Positions 40,306 through 50,947 of a stretch of 64,000 nucleotides of DNA are shown piece after piece. Position 1 is the stretch's first letter. Every line of letters starts with the position of its first letter. The notes below the pieces were generated by a model. The model was not told the DNA's origin, did not search any database, and was given only the letters and a program-made list of their open reading frames with translations. The position numbers were made by a program, and so were the translations under genes. Source of the DNA: an uncultured Prevotella sp. (GTDB lineage: Bacteria; Bacteroidota; Bacteroidia; Bacteroidales; Bacteroidaceae). The DNA lies in the NCBI GenBank assembly GCA_900544825.1, contig UQWP01000001.1:15881-79880 (forward strand), read 5' to 3'.

Positions 40306-41685
40306 ATGAGTACAACAGAAAAAATTCAGATGAAATTGAGCGACTCGAAGTCAGCTCGCTGGACCGCCCTCATCATCGTGAGCGTCACGATGATGTTCGG
40401 TTACTTTTTTACAGATGTAATGTCTCCACTGGAGCCTCTCTTGACAGCTGCCAAGGGGGCTGAGAATGGTCTCGGACTCGGATGGAGTTCGGATGAATAT
40501 GGCTTCTTCTCTGGGGCCTACGGATACTTTAATGTATTCCTCCTGCTCCTCTTCTTCGGTGGACTTATCCTCGATAAGTTCGGTATCCGTTTTACAGGTA
40601 TCCTCTCCACCGTTTTGATGTTTGGTGGAGCCGTGTTGAAATGGTATGCTGTAGGTCATGAGTTTGCCGGATCGGTAGCAGTACCATTCTTCGGTACTTA
40701 TAGTACACAGGTAGTGATTGCTGCTCTCGGCTTTGCCATCTATGGTGTAGGATGCGAGATATGCGGTATCACTGTGAGCAAGGTCATCGTGAAATGGTTT
40801 ACGGGCCATGAGTTGGCTCTGGCAATGGGAGTGCAGGTGGCTACAGCTCGTTTGGGAACTGCCGCTGCCTTGGGCTTTTCTCTTCCTTTTGCAAAGGCAA
40901 TGGGCGGTGTATCTGCTTCTATTGCTTTGGGTGCAGTTTTGCTTTGTGCTGGTGTACTTGTTTATCTTGTATATTGTGTGATGGACAAGAAGGAGGATGC
41001 TTCTGCAGCAGCTGTGGCTACTGAGCCGGAAGAAGGTTTCAAGTTTTCAGACTTGGGTGGTCTGTTCAAGACAACTGGTTTCTGGTATGTGGCATTCCTT
41101 TGCCTGATGTTCTATGCTGGTGTGTTCCCATTCCTGAAGTTTGCCACCAAGTTGATGATTTTCAAGTATGGTGTCGATGCTAATTTGGCAGGTCTGATTC
41201 CTGCGATGTTGCCATTCGGTACCATCTTCCTTACACCAATCTTCGGAAGCGTATATGACAAGTATGGCAAGGGTGCTACACTGATGATTATCGGCAGTTG
41301 CCTCTTGACTCTGGTACACGTAGTATTTGCCCTTCCACTCAACTCTTGGGTGCTTGCCATCGTGATGATGCTCATCCTTGGCGTAGCTTTTGGTCTGGTA
41401 CCATCAGCTATGTGGCCTTCTGTACCAAAGATTATCCCAATGAAACTCTTAGGAACTGCATACGCCCTTATCTTCTATATCCAGAATATCGGACTGGCTC
41501 TTATTCCTGTATGGATTGGTAAGGTGAATCAGGCTAACACGGATGCCAATGGAGTCATTGACTATACTGAGACAATGACCATCTTTGCAGCCTTTGGTGT
41601 GGTTGCTATTGTCATCTCTTTCCTCCTCTTGTTGGAAGATAAGAGAAAGGGCTATGGATTGCAGCAGCCTAATGTGAAGAAATAA
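40306..41685 (+). CDS. MFS transporter
   Basis: 459 aa, about 12 TM helices, MFS-like motif around GGLILDKFGIRFTG. Confidence 0.8.
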   Translation: MSTTEKIQMKLSDSKSARWTALIIVSVTMMFGYFFTDVMSPLEPLLTAAKGAENGLGLGWSSDEYGFFSGAYGYFNVFLLLLFFGGLILDKFGIRFTGILSTVLMFGGAVLKWYAVGHEFAGSVAVPFFGTYSTQVVIAALGFAIYGVGCEICGITVSKVIVKWFTGHELALAMGVQVATARLGTAAALGFSLPFAKAMGGVSASIALGAVLLCAGVLVYLVYCVMDKKEDASAAAVATEPEEGFKFSDLGGLFKTTGFWYVAFLCLMFYAGVFPFLKFATKLMIFKYGVDANLAGLIPAMLPFGTIFLTPIFGSVYDKYGKGATLMIIGSCLLTLVHVVFALPLNSWVLAIVMMLILGVAFGLVPSAMWPSVPKIIPMKLLGTAYALIFYIQNIGLALIPVWIGKVNQANTDANGVIDYTETMTIFAAFGVVAIVISFLLLLEDKRKGYGLQQPNVKK

Positions 41686-41754
41686 TACTAACAGGAGATT
41701 TCCCCTTCAAGTTCAAGGGGGGAATCTCCATAAACAAAAAGAAAGGAAATAACC

Positions 41755-42429
41755 ATGAACGCTACACCTGAATCATTGATTAAGGAATATGCTGACCCTA
41801 TTGAGCAGCAGGAAATAGACAAGTTTATCTGTTCTGAAATGAGCAGGCAGATTCACCGATATATCAAGGGTATGTCGGGAACCAAGCAGGCTATGCTCAA
41901 GTTTGAGGAAAAGCTGGCGAGCCTCTCTGTTACAGAGAAAGAAAAGGCGATTGCCAAATACATCGATTTGAATCGCAAGGCTTTGGATGGACTGGATCTG
42001 AAGATGATTCTCGTCCGTTCGGTGGCTAACTACTGTGATACCTTCCAGTATATGCTCGACTTTGTGAACGACAAGCGTAAGATGGTGTTCTATTATCATC
42101 GCTTGAAGGAGAAGTATATCCGTTACCATGAGGTCTTCGAGGAGAACGGCAAGTTTGGTATGAAGGATCATCAGGGCAACGTGATGCTTCAGCCAGTCTA
42201 TGATTTCCTCCGCACTTGCTATATCTATAATGATGACCTGAGCATCATGCCTGTTATTGCAGAGAAGAATGGAAAGATGGGACTCGTGATGCCTGACGGA
42301 AAGGATACCATCGTGGCTGATTTCCTTTATGATGAAATCTGTCTGAGAGATGAGTATCCATATTTCGAGGCGGTGAGAGATGGAGTAAACGGATTGATTG
42401 ATAAGTTCGGAAACTTCGTTAATAATTAG
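41755..42429 (+). CDS. Hypothetical protein with C-terminal WG-repeat-like motifs
   Basis: 224 aa. KNGKMGLVMPDGK and VNGLIDKFGN resemble WG (KWGxID) repeats. The N-terminal half is unassigned. Confidence 0.55.
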   Translation: MNATPESLIKEYADPIEQQEIDKFICSEMSRQIHRYIKGMSGTKQAMLKFEEKLASLSVTEKEKAIAKYIDLNRKALDGLDLKMILVRSVANYCDTFQYMLDFVNDKRKMVFYYHRLKEKYIRYHEVFEENGKFGMKDHQGNVMLQPVYDFLRTCYIYNDDLSIMPVIAEKNGKMGLVMPDGKDTIVADFLYDEICLRDEYPYFEAVRDGVNGLIDKFGNFVNN

Positions 42430-42447
42430 TTATTAATAGTAAAAAGA

Positions 42448-42495
42448 GAAAGGGCAATCAGATTGGGATGAACCAACTGATTGCCCTTTTTGTTT
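42448..42495. terminator. Bidirectional intrinsic terminator (AAGGGCAATCAG...CTGATTGCCCTT + TTTGTTT) between convergent WG-repeat gene and rpoD
   Basis: 12-bp stem with a T-run. Confidence 0.65.
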
Positions 42496-42612
42496 CAGTT
42501 GTGGGTAACACAACTGAGCTTTATTTATTTTTCTCTCGTCTTCGATATGGATTGAATTCCTGTTTCTAAATTCTAGATTCTTTTTTCAGAATTCTTGTTT
42601 TCTGTTTCAGAA

Positions 42613-43488
42613 TTATCCCAAGTATTTCATCAAGATCTTGATCTTTCCGCTTTCACGGAGCTTGATGATGCTCTTTTCGCGAATCTGGCGTACACGCTCA
42701 CGGGTGAGGTTGAATTCGCTTCCGATTTCTTCCAATCCCTTCTCGTGGCAACCGATGCCATAGCAGTAGCAGAGAATCTTGCGCTCGCGTTCCTTCAATA
42801 CTGTTGCCAAAACGCGCTGGAGCTCGCTCGCCATAGACTCGAAGTCAACACCCTTGTCGGTGCGGCTGTCATCACCAGAAGCCATCACATCTACCATCGC
42901 ATTATCATCGTCGTCGCTACCGAATGGAGCATCAATACTCATGTGGTGGTTGTCTGCCTTGATGGTCTGGTCAATCTTGCTTTCCTCCATCTTGGTAATC
43001 TGTGCCAACTCGGCAACAGAAGGCTTGCGCTGGTTCTCCTGCTCGAACTTGCTGATCTCGGCGCTGATCTTGCTCAACGCACCCACCTGGTTCAAAGGCA
43101 GGCGAACGATACGGCTCTGCTCAGCGATAGCCTGGAGTATGCTCTGGCGAATCCACCATACTGCGTATGAGATGAACTTAAAACCACGAGTTTCATCAAA
43201 CTTCTCTGCAGCCTTTACCAAACCGATGTTTCCCTCGTCAATGAGGTCGGTCAGACCCAAACCCTGATGCTGGTATTGTTTAGCAACAGATACAACGAAT
43301 CGGAGGTTTGCCTTGACCAGTTTCTCTTTGGCACGCTCACCCTCACGACCGCCTTTGCGAATCTTCTGGGCCAGCTCAATCTCCTCGTCGATAGAGACCA
43401 TAGGTTCTCTACCAATCTCCACTAAGTACTTGTCAAGTGCTTCACTGGAACGGTTGGTTATACTCTTGCTAATCTTAAGTTGTCTCAT
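42613..43488 (-). CDS. rpoD: RNA polymerase primary sigma factor (sigma-70/SigA, short Bacteroidota form)
   Basis: Regions 2-4 present (FISYAVWWIRQSI; LTRERVRQIREKSIIKLR). Start at MRQLKISKSITNRSSEALDKYL (43488). The upstream in-frame M at 43563 is less likely. Confidence 0.9.
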   Translation of the reverse strand: MRQLKISKSITNRSSEALDKYLVEIGREPMVSIDEEIELAQKIRKGGREGERAKEKLVKANLRFVVSVAKQYQHQGLGLTDLIDEGNIGLVKAAEKFDETRGFKFISYAVWWIRQSILQAIAEQSRIVRLPLNQVGALSKISAEISKFEQENQRKPSVAELAQITKMEESKIDQTIKADNHHMSIDAPFGSDDDDNAMVDVMASGDDSRTDKGVDFESMASELQRVLATVLKERERKILCYCYGIGCHEKGLEEIGSEFNLTRERVRQIREKSIIKLRESGKIKILMKYLG

Positions 43489-43717
43489 AAATATCCTTTT
43501 ACCTTTCTTTTTTTTAATCCAATTTATACTGTCGGAATCCACCTTTACGGTTTCGGGCTGCAAAGGTACAAAAAAAAACGCAATCTTGTTGTAATAGAAA
43601 TGGAAAACTTTTGCATTATTTGTCTGTTTTTTAGAAATTTAGACGTTTTTGAATATAAAAATGGTATTTGGTATAATGATTTTTAGGCATTAAGTTTGAA
43701 ATATGGAATAATTTGTG

Positions 43718-43725
43718 TATCTTTG
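43718..43725 (+). promoter_or_regulatory. -7 box TATCTTTG upstream of POT transporter gene
   Basis: tgtgtatctttgcacag ~58 nt upstream of the ATG at 43784. Confidence 0.4.
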
Positions 43726-43783
43726 CACAGAATTTGCGAGAAAAGAATAACTAAATAATAAAATTATAAATAAACAAAAAATT

Positions 43784-45310
43784 ATGTTTGAAAATCAACC
43801 AAAAGGTCTATGGGCCTTAGCTTTGGCAAACACGGGTGAGCGTTTTGGTTACTATACCATGCTTGCTGTGTTCCTGCTTTATTTGCAGGCCAACTTCGGT
43901 TTTGAAACCGGATTGGCAAGTACGATTTACTCTACCTTCCTGATGATGGTTTATTTCCTTCCTATCATCGGCGGTATCGCAGCCGACAAGTTTGGCTTTG
44001 GACGTATGGTTACCACGGGTATCTTCATCATGTTCATCGGCTACCTGGTACTCTCCCTTCCTCTTGGCAAGGACACCGTAGCTGTTGCAGCCATGGGAAT
44101 TTCGCTTATCCTCATCGCTTTGGGTACTGGTCTGTTCAAGGGTAATCTGCAGGTGATGGTAGGTCGTCTCTACGATGAGCCACAGTATGCCAGCAACCGT
44201 GATTCCGGTTTCTCTCTCTTTTACATGGCTATCAACATTGGCGCTATGTTTGCTCCTACTGCTGCCATCAAGATTATGAAGTGGGCACAGGAGAGTCTGA
44301 GCGTATCTGTAGAGGATTCATACCATTTTGCATTCGCTGTGGCATGTGCTTCGCTTATTGTCAGTATCGCCATCTACTATGCCTTCAGCTTTACATACAA
44401 GCATGTGCTTGCTTCTGAGACCAAGGGTAAGGACGACAAGACTCCGGTTAAGGAGACTAATGAGCTTTCCAAGGCTGAGACCAAGGAGCGTATCATCTGC
44501 CTCTGTCTCGTTTTTGCTGTCGTTATCTTCTTCTGGATGGCTTTCCACCAGAATGGTAATACCTTGACACTCTTTGCACGCGACTATACATTGAAGACTT
44601 CTGAAGGTCTGCAGTCAATGGCATTCGATGTGACCAACCTCGTAGCCTGCATCTTCGTGGTTTACGGTTGCTTCGGTCTGGCACAGAGCAAGACTGGCAA
44701 GGGTAAGGGCATCTCTCTTGGTGTCATTGTTGCTGCCATCGCTTTCCTCTTCTACAAGTACAACAACCTTGAAGGTGCCGTAGAAGTTGAGGCTCCTATC
44801 TTCCAGCAGTTCAACCCATGCTATGTAGTGGCATTGACTCCAGTGAGTGTTGCTTTGTTCTCTTGGCTCAACAAGATTGGCAAGGAGCCTACATCTCCTG
44901 AGAAGATTGGCTTGGGTATGCTCGTTGCAGCTCTCGGTTTCGTATGGATGGCTGTAGGTTCTATGGGACTTGAGCTTCCTTTGACACAGGGTGATCCTGC
45001 TACAGAGGGTACACGTGTAAGTGCAAACCTGCTCATCTCTACATACCTCATCCTTACATTCGCAGAGCTTCTGCTTTCTCCTATCGGTATCTCATTCGTA
45101 TCGAAGGTAGCTCCTCCTAAGTATGCTGGTTTGATGATGGGTCTCTGGTTCGGTGCAACAGCTATCGGTAACCAGCTCGTTATGGTTCCTGGTATCATGT
45201 GGGGTCAGAACTTCAACCTCGTTACTATCTGGGGTGTTCTCGCAGGCATCTGCCTGGTTTCAGCCCTCTTCATCTTCTCTATCATCAAGAAGTTGAATCG
45301 CGTAAGCTAA
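43784..45310 (+). CDS. Proton-dependent oligopeptide transporter (POT/PTR2 family, DtpT-like)
   Basis: POT signature GERFGYY (ExxERFxYY) at the N-terminus, 12-14 TM helices, 508 aa. Confidence 0.85.
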   Translation: MFENQPKGLWALALANTGERFGYYTMLAVFLLYLQANFGFETGLASTIYSTFLMMVYFLPIIGGIAADKFGFGRMVTTGIFIMFIGYLVLSLPLGKDTVAVAAMGISLILIALGTGLFKGNLQVMVGRLYDEPQYASNRDSGFSLFYMAINIGAMFAPTAAIKIMKWAQESLSVSVEDSYHFAFAVACASLIVSIAIYYAFSFTYKHVLASETKGKDDKTPVKETNELSKAETKERIICLCLVFAVVIFFWMAFHQNGNTLTLFARDYTLKTSEGLQSMAFDVTNLVACIFVVYGCFGLAQSKTGKGKGISLGVIVAAIAFLFYKYNNLEGAVEVEAPIFQQFNPCYVVALTPVSVALFSWLNKIGKEPTSPEKIGLGMLVAALGFVWMAVGSMGLELPLTQGDPATEGTRVSANLLISTYLILTFAELLLSPIGISFVSKVAPPKYAGLMMGLWFGATAIGNQLVMVPGIMWGQNFNLVTIWGVLAGICLVSALFIFSIIKKLNRVS

Positions 45311-45325
45311 TACATTCTATCATAT

Positions 45326-45368
45326 ACAAAAAAGGCTTGCTTCATTTCCGAAGCAAGCTTTTTTTGTA
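45326..45368. terminator. Bidirectional intrinsic terminator (GGCTTGCTTC atttcc GAAGCAAGC flanked by A-run/T-run) between convergent POT gene and S9 peptidase gene
   Basis: caaaaaaggcttgcttcatttccgaagcaagctttttttg. Confidence 0.7.
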
Positions 45369-45373
45369 TTATG

Positions 45374-47539
45374 TTATTTCTTCAACCATTTGTCTAACCA
45401 TCCGAAGAAGGTGCGCTGCCAGAGCACGCCGTTCTGTGGTTTCAATACCCAGTGGTTCTCATCTGGATAGATAAGAAGCTCGGCTGGAATGCCACGCATG
45501 CGAGCGGCATTGAAGGCGCCCATACCCTGGTTGGCATTGATGCGATAGTCCATCTCGCCATGGATGCAGAGGATTGGAGTATCCCACTTATCTACAAACT
45601 TGTGAGGACTGTTCTCGTAAGTCTTCTTGGCGTTGGCACTCTGATCCTTGTTCCAGTAAGCATCATCATACTCCCAGTTAGAGAACCAAGCCTCCTCGGT
45701 ATCTGTGTACATGCTCTCCAGGTTGAAAGCACCATCGTGAGCGAGGAATGCCTTGAAACGCTTGTTGTGATGACCGGCAAGATAATATACAGAGAAACCA
45801 CCAAAGCTGGCACCTACACAGCCCAGACGATCCTTATCTACGTATGGAAGATTGTTGGCTGCATCGTCGATGGCTGAAAGATAGTCGTTCATGCACTGAC
45901 CGGTCCAATCTCCAGAAATCTCCTCGTTCCATGCACTTCCGAAACCTGGAAGACCACGGCGGTTAGGCAATACGATGACGTAACCGTTGGCTGCCATGAT
46001 CTGAATGTTCCAGCGATAGCTCCAGAACTGGCTCACCGGACTCTGCGGACCGCCCTCGCAGAAGAGAAGGGTAGGGTACTTCTTGCTGGCATCGAAGTTA
46101 GCTGGCAACATGATCCATACCAGCATTTGCTTGCCGTCGGTAGTCTTTACCCAGCGCTGCTCGCACTTACCCATGTTCAACTGGCTCAGGATGTGGTCGT
46201 TCTCACGGGTAATCTGTTCTACCTTGGTGCTCTTGGCATCCTTGCCTGGAGTTACGATGTAGATATCGGTAGGGTGGCTCATGCTGGCCTTGGTAGCGAG
46301 AAGCTTGTTGCCGTTGTTGGCAAGAGCGATGCTTCCGTAGTCTGCCCACTCGTTGGTAATCTGCTTTACTTCGCCCTTGAAGTTTGCCTGATAGAGATTC
46401 AGGGTTCCGTGCCATACACCGATGAAGGTAAGGCTCTTGTTGTCCTTGTTCCATACGAAGCCCTCAACGCTGGAGTCGAACTTGTCTGATACATAGTTCT
46501 TCTTGCCGGTAGCAAGCTCATAGACACAGAGGCGGTTGCGGTCGCTCTCGTATCCGTCGCGGGCCATGCTCTGCCAAGCCACGTACTTGCCGTCGGCAGA
46601 GAATTGAGGGTTGATGTCGTAACCAGGATTGTTCTTCAGATTCTCTGGTGCATTCACAGCCTGGTTCTTCATGCTCTTGGTAGCATCAATCTTAGGCTCT
46701 ACATAACCAGCCTCCTTGCAGAGGTTCTTGGTCTCGCGCGTACCTGTATTATATAGGTAGATGTCAGAATCGGTAGAGATGGCATACTGCAAGCCCTCCT
46801 TCTTGCGACAGGTATAGGCGATAGTCTTGGAATCTGGACTCCAAGCCAACTGCTCAATGCCACCGAATGGAGCCATAGGGCACTCGAAAGGCTCATTCTT
46901 CAGGATATCCTCGCCAGCGTTGATGGTGCCATCCTCAGCAACATCTGCCACGAAAGGATGAAGAATGCTCTCTACGTAGTGATCCCAGTGGCGATAGTTC
47001 ATGTCGGTAACGAGACGACCTGTAGCCAGAGGAAGATCAGAAGGATTCTTCTTGATGGTTCCGTGATAAGGCAACTCCTTGATGAGGATTACCTTCTTGC
47101 CATCTGGAGAGAAGCGGAATCCCTGGATGCCCAACTCATCGTTGGTGAGCTGCTTTCTGCCAGTACCGTCTGGGTTCATGCTCCAGAGCTGTCCGCCACG
47201 GATGAAGGCAATCTTCTGTCCGCCTTGAATCCAGGCAGCATCAGTCTCGCTCTTGGCATCAGTAGTCAATGCCTTCTGGTTCTTGCCGTTGGCATCCATG
47301 ATGAAGAGCATCTGGTGCCCCTTGTTCTCCTTTACACTGTAGTAACCTACCTGGTAAACCACCTGCTTGCCGTTAGGCGAAGCTTCTGCGGCACCGATTC
47401 TACCCATAGCCCAGAGAGCTTCTGGGGTCATCAGGTGGTTCTCCACCTTGATGTTGTTTTTCTCAATCATAGTCTGTGCATCGGCTGTATTTGCTCCCAT
47501 GGTGAGAGCTGCTGCAGCCAAAATCATCGCTTTAATCAT
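45374..47539 (-). CDS. S9 family serine peptidase (prolyl oligopeptidase / dipeptidyl-peptidase-like; beta-propeller + alpha/beta-hydrolase)
   Basis: Signal peptide. N-terminal propeller region. Catalytic Ser motif GASFGGFS and C-terminal His/Asp region ...HGEMDYRI...DENHWV. Confidence 0.85.
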   Translation of the reverse strand: MIKAMILAAAALTMGANTADAQTMIEKNNIKVENHLMTPEALWAMGRIGAAEASPNGKQVVYQVGYYSVKENKGHQMLFIMDANGKNQKALTTDAKSETDAAWIQGGQKIAFIRGGQLWSMNPDGTGRKQLTNDELGIQGFRFSPDGKKVILIKELPYHGTIKKNPSDLPLATGRLVTDMNYRHWDHYVESILHPFVADVAEDGTINAGEDILKNEPFECPMAPFGGIEQLAWSPDSKTIAYTCRKKEGLQYAISTDSDIYLYNTGTRETKNLCKEAGYVEPKIDATKSMKNQAVNAPENLKNNPGYDINPQFSADGKYVAWQSMARDGYESDRNRLCVYELATGKKNYVSDKFDSSVEGFVWNKDNKSLTFIGVWHGTLNLYQANFKGEVKQITNEWADYGSIALANNGNKLLATKASMSHPTDIYIVTPGKDAKSTKVEQITRENDHILSQLNMGKCEQRWVKTTDGKQMLVWIMLPANFDASKKYPTLLFCEGGPQSPVSQFWSYRWNIQIMAANGYVIVLPNRRGLPGFGSAWNEEISGDWTGQCMNDYLSAIDDAANNLPYVDKDRLGCVGASFGGFSVYYLAGHHNKRFKAFLAHDGAFNLESMYTDTEEAWFSNWEYDDAYWNKDQSANAKKTYENSPHKFVDKWDTPILCIHGEMDYRINANQGMGAFNAARMRGIPAELLIYPDENHWVLKPQNGVLWQRTFFGWLDKWLKK

Positions 47540-47741
47540 ATTTTTAGATATTATTAATAATTTGTTGCAATCTTCTAAATATTCCGTGCAAAGTTACAGA
47601 AAATTAATGAGATAACAAAATTTATCTTCTTTCTTTACTAGAGTCTGCGCTTTTTTTCGTAAATTTGCAACTGAAATGATAATGTTTAGCTTAAAATGCT
47701 AAATCTACAGGAATATAAGTAAAGATATAAATATTTAGTAA

Positions 47742-48854
47742 ATGAATACATTGTTTCTTGTGCAGTTTGCTTGCTGCATTATAGTGTCGATGTTGGGCTT
47801 GATATTGGTTTTGTCTAAGTTTCAGATTCGCTGGTCCAACCGTCGTTACGAGGTGTCTCGTTGGCTCCTTGCTTTTTCTATGTTTGTACTTGCATGGCAT
47901 TATGTCTTGCAAATGACTTGTGGCTTCCGTGCTAAAGGCGATGAGATAGGAGCTGTTGTCAATGTTCTCTTCTATTCTCCTGTCTCCTTCATCATTTCCT
48001 ATGCGGTCTATAGCCTGGTATGCTATCGGAGCGGGCGGAAGAAGTTTGCCTTGATGGGATGTGTGAGTTATGCATTGATATTGATTTGTTTCTTTTTCGG
48101 ATACCATGATACTCCTAGGGGAATGCATATGGGCGAATGGCTCTATGTGATGCTCGCATTATTTGCTGTTACCATCATATATAGCGTTTATACCACGGTT
48201 ATCGAGATGCGTTATCATCGAAAGATTATCGAAGAAAACACCACGGAAGACTTGCTTCCTTTTGATAGATATGCCTATGCCAGTTATGGAATGGTGGGTA
48301 TTTTGGTTTTGGCGATGGTAGGCGCTATCTGCTATCGTCCGCTTCTTTATTGTGTGGCGCCCCTGATTCTCTTTTCTTTGATTTTCTTTACTATCACTTT
48401 CCTGGGATATGGTTATAATATGATTCCTGCGGAGGTGAGACTGGAGCAGGAAACTGCTGATGAACCTCTTGAGGTGATAGAAGTGAGTGAGGAAGTGGGT
48501 TTGGATTCTGAGAAATTTTCTATCATAGAATCGATGCTTGCCAGCTGGTGTGACAAGGGTGGCTATAGAGACAGTACGGTAAATATGCCGATGCTTTCTG
48601 TTAAGTTGGGCATTCCTCGCAATGAATTGAGCCTGTATTTCGAGAACTATCTGAAGAGCAGTTTCAGAATCTGGCTCAGTGATATCCGTTTCAAGGAGGC
48701 ACAGCGTATGCTGCTGGAAGAATGCAGGTACAGCAATGATACCATTTCTACAGAATGTGGCTTCTCATCCCATGCCCATCTCTATAAGATTTTTAAGGCA
48801 AAGACGGGATTTACACCAGGACAATGGAGAGATTCTGTTCGGAAAAACCGGTAG
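47742..48854 (+). CDS. AraC-family transcriptional regulator with N-terminal multi-pass membrane domain
   Basis: ~220-aa N-terminal region with 6-7 TM helices. C-terminal AraC HTH ...ISTECGFSSHAHLYKIFKAKTGFTPGQWR. Confidence 0.8.
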   Translation: MNTLFLVQFACCIIVSMLGLILVLSKFQIRWSNRRYEVSRWLLAFSMFVLAWHYVLQMTCGFRAKGDEIGAVVNVLFYSPVSFIISYAVYSLVCYRSGRKKFALMGCVSYALILICFFFGYHDTPRGMHMGEWLYVMLALFAVTIIYSVYTTVIEMRYHRKIIEENTTEDLLPFDRYAYASYGMVGILVLAMVGAICYRPLLYCVAPLILFSLIFFTITFLGYGYNMIPAEVRLEQETADEPLEVIEVSEEVGLDSEKFSIIESMLASWCDKGGYRDSTVNMPMLSVKLGIPRNELSLYFENYLKSSFRIWLSDIRFKEAQRMLLEECRYSNDTISTECGFSSHAHLYKIFKAKTGFTPGQWRDSVRKNR

Positions 48855-48870
48855 AATGCTGCGAAAAACA

Positions 48871-48922
48871 GTTTCATTCCTACCAATGAGACACCTATTT
48901 GATAGGAATGAAACTATTTTCT
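48871..48922 (+). terminator. Hairpin terminator after AraC-family gene (GTTTCATTCCTA...TAGGAATGAAAC + TATTTTCTT)
   Basis: 12-bp perfect stem with a 21-nt loop. Confidence 0.5.
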
Positions 48923-49011
48923 TGAGCAATGAAACTGTCAGGTTATAAGATTTTCATTATCTTTGCACAACTGAATAATAGTATTTGATAATGATTCTTA
49001 TTAATTTTTAA

Positions 49012-49272
49012 ATGAATTGCGATATGACAGGCTTTTCTTTATTTCAATCGACTGGTCTAGCCGATATAGTAGGACTATGTATTATATTATCCATTGCATT
49101 GGGGGCTTTTTCCCTGATGTGGATGGATTATAAAAAATATCTTGAAGAGTATGATAGCAAGCATTTTCATGTCTTGGATTTCGTACTCAAGGAGCAGTTG
49201 TATATATTTATCTTCCTCGTCTTTGCCTTCCTGGTAGGGGGTGAGATGTTGCTGAAAGCCTATATGTACTAG
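49012..49272 (+). CDS. Possible small membrane protein (2 TM helices)
   Basis: 86-aa ORF with two hydrophobic helices. No recognised family. Sits in a 500-bp gap. Confidence 0.3.
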   Translation: MNCDMTGFSLFQSTGLADIVGLCIILSIALGAFSLMWMDYKKYLEEYDSKHFHVLDFVLKEQLYIFIFLVFAFLVGGEMLLKAYMY

Positions 49273-49354
49273 TTCTCTTTTATTTTTTAGGATAAAAGAT
49301 TTGTTAGAACGATACTTTTTTTGTAATTTTGCACCGCAAAATATATAAAACACA

Positions 49355-50818
49355 ATGAAAATAGGATTTGACAACGAGAAGTATCTGAAGATTCAGTCCG
49401 AACATATCAAGGAGAGAATCTCACAGTTTGATGGAAAGCTTTACCTGGAATTGGGAGGTAAGCTTTTCGATGACCATCACGCCAGCCGCGTTTTGCCAGG
49501 TTTCCAGCCTGATAGTAAGCTGCGCATGTTTCAGAAGATTAGCGATAGCATCGAGATTGTTATCGTAATCAGTGCAGCTGATATAGAGAAAAACAAGAAG
49601 CGTGCCGATCTGGGTATCACTTACGATGAGGATGTGCTTCGCCTGCGTGGCGAGTTCCAAAACCGTGGCTTCATGGTGGGTTCTGTTGTTATTACTCATT
49701 TTAACGGTCAGCCTGCTGCCATCGCCTTCAAGCAGCGCTTGGAGCGTGAGGGTATCAAGACTTACTGCCATTATCTCATTGAGGGGTATCCTCATGATGT
49801 AGATCTTATTGCTTCTGATGAGGGTTTCGGAAAGAATGATTATGTTGAGACTGAGCGTCCGCTGGTAATTGTTACGGCTCCGGGTCCTGGTAGCGGTAAG
49901 ATGGCTGTCTGTCTGAGTCAGCTTTATAACGAGAACAAGCGTGGGGTGCGTGCAGGTTATGCCAAGTTTGAGACATTCCCTGTATGGAATCTCCCGTTGA
50001 AGCATCCGGTGAACATCGCTTACGAGGCTGCTACTGCCGATCTCAACGATGTGAACATGATCGACCCATTCCATCTGGAAGCTTACAATAAGATTGCCAT
50101 CAATTACAACCGTGACGTAGAGATTTATCCTGTGCTCAATGCGCTGTTCGAGGGTATCTACGGAAGCAATCCTTATAAGTCACCTACCGATATGGGTGTG
50201 AATATGGTGGGCTTCTGCATCTCTGATGATGAGGCTTGCTGCGAGGCATCCAAGAATGAGATCATCCGCCGTTACTATGCGGCTACCAACAAGATGGCAG
50301 CTGGTGCTTGTAACGAGGGTGAAATCAGCAAGATCCAGATGCTCTTCAAGCAGGCTAAGATTACTACCGCTTATCGCAAGGTAACTGTTGCGGCTAAGGA
50401 TCATAAGAAGGAGACGGGCCATACTTCTGCTGCGATTGAGCTGGAGGATGGTACAATCATCTGCGGTCATAGCAGCGAGTTGCTGGGATGTAGCGCAGCA
50501 TTGATTTTGAATGTTACCAAGCATCTGGCTGGTATCGACCACGAGTTGAAGTTGATTCCTCAGTCGATGATTGAGCCTATCCAGCATACCAAGATTAATT
50601 ATCTCGGCGGTCATAATCCTCGTCTTCATACCGATGAGGTGCTCGTTGCTCTCTCTGTTCTCTCGGAGAATGATGAGAACTGCAAGAAAGCTTTGGAGCA
50701 GTTGCCTAAGCTTCGTGGCTGTCAGGCTCATTGCACCGTGATGCTGAGTGATGTAGATCAGAAGATCTTCAAGAAGCTCGGAGTGGATATCACCTGCGAG
50801 CCTGTATTGAAGAAGTAA
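49355..50818 (+). CDS. DUF1846 / UPF0371 family protein
   Basis: 487 aa. MKIGFDNEKYLKIQSEHIKERISQFDGKLYLELGGKLFDDHHASRVLPGF matches the conserved UPF0371 N-terminus. Confidence 0.8.
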   Translation: MKIGFDNEKYLKIQSEHIKERISQFDGKLYLELGGKLFDDHHASRVLPGFQPDSKLRMFQKISDSIEIVIVISAADIEKNKKRADLGITYDEDVLRLRGEFQNRGFMVGSVVITHFNGQPAAIAFKQRLEREGIKTYCHYLIEGYPHDVDLIASDEGFGKNDYVETERPLVIVTAPGPGSGKMAVCLSQLYNENKRGVRAGYAKFETFPVWNLPLKHPVNIAYEAATADLNDVNMIDPFHLEAYNKIAINYNRDVEIYPVLNALFEGIYGSNPYKSPTDMGVNMVGFCISDDEACCEASKNEIIRRYYAATNKMAAGACNEGEISKIQMLFKQAKITTAYRKVTVAAKDHKKETGHTSAAIELEDGTIICGHSSELLGCSAALILNVTKHLAGIDHELKLIPQSMIEPIQHTKINYLGGHNPRLHTDEVLVALSVLSENDENCKKALEQLPKLRGCQAHCTVMLSDVDQKIFKKLGVDITCEPVLKK

Positions 50819-50862
50819 TTTCGGTTTGCCTCGTATAGAAGAAGCAGGTTTGTTTTAAATAA

Positions 50863-50925
50863 TATACCCCAGAAAAGGTATAGTTAATCATATAGTTTGA
50901 TTAATTATACCTATTCGGGGGTAAT
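50863..50925. repeat. Two copies (one inverted, one direct) of the ~22-bp imperfect palindrome ATTATACCyTTTCGGGGGTAAAT, downstream of the hipT-like gene
   Basis: TATACCCCAGAAAAGGTATA (50863-50882) and ATTATACCTATTCGGGGGTAAT (50904-50925). Confidence 0.7.
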
Positions 50926-50947
50926 TCTTTGTATTTTCTACAGAATA

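Noticed and set aside
41694-41729. Hairpin GGAGATTTCCCCTT...AAGGGGGGAATCTCC after the MFS gene as a terminator
   Set aside because: Imperfect stem and no T-run on the coding strand (followed by ATAAACAAAAAG). May still be a weak or bidirectional element, but not called.
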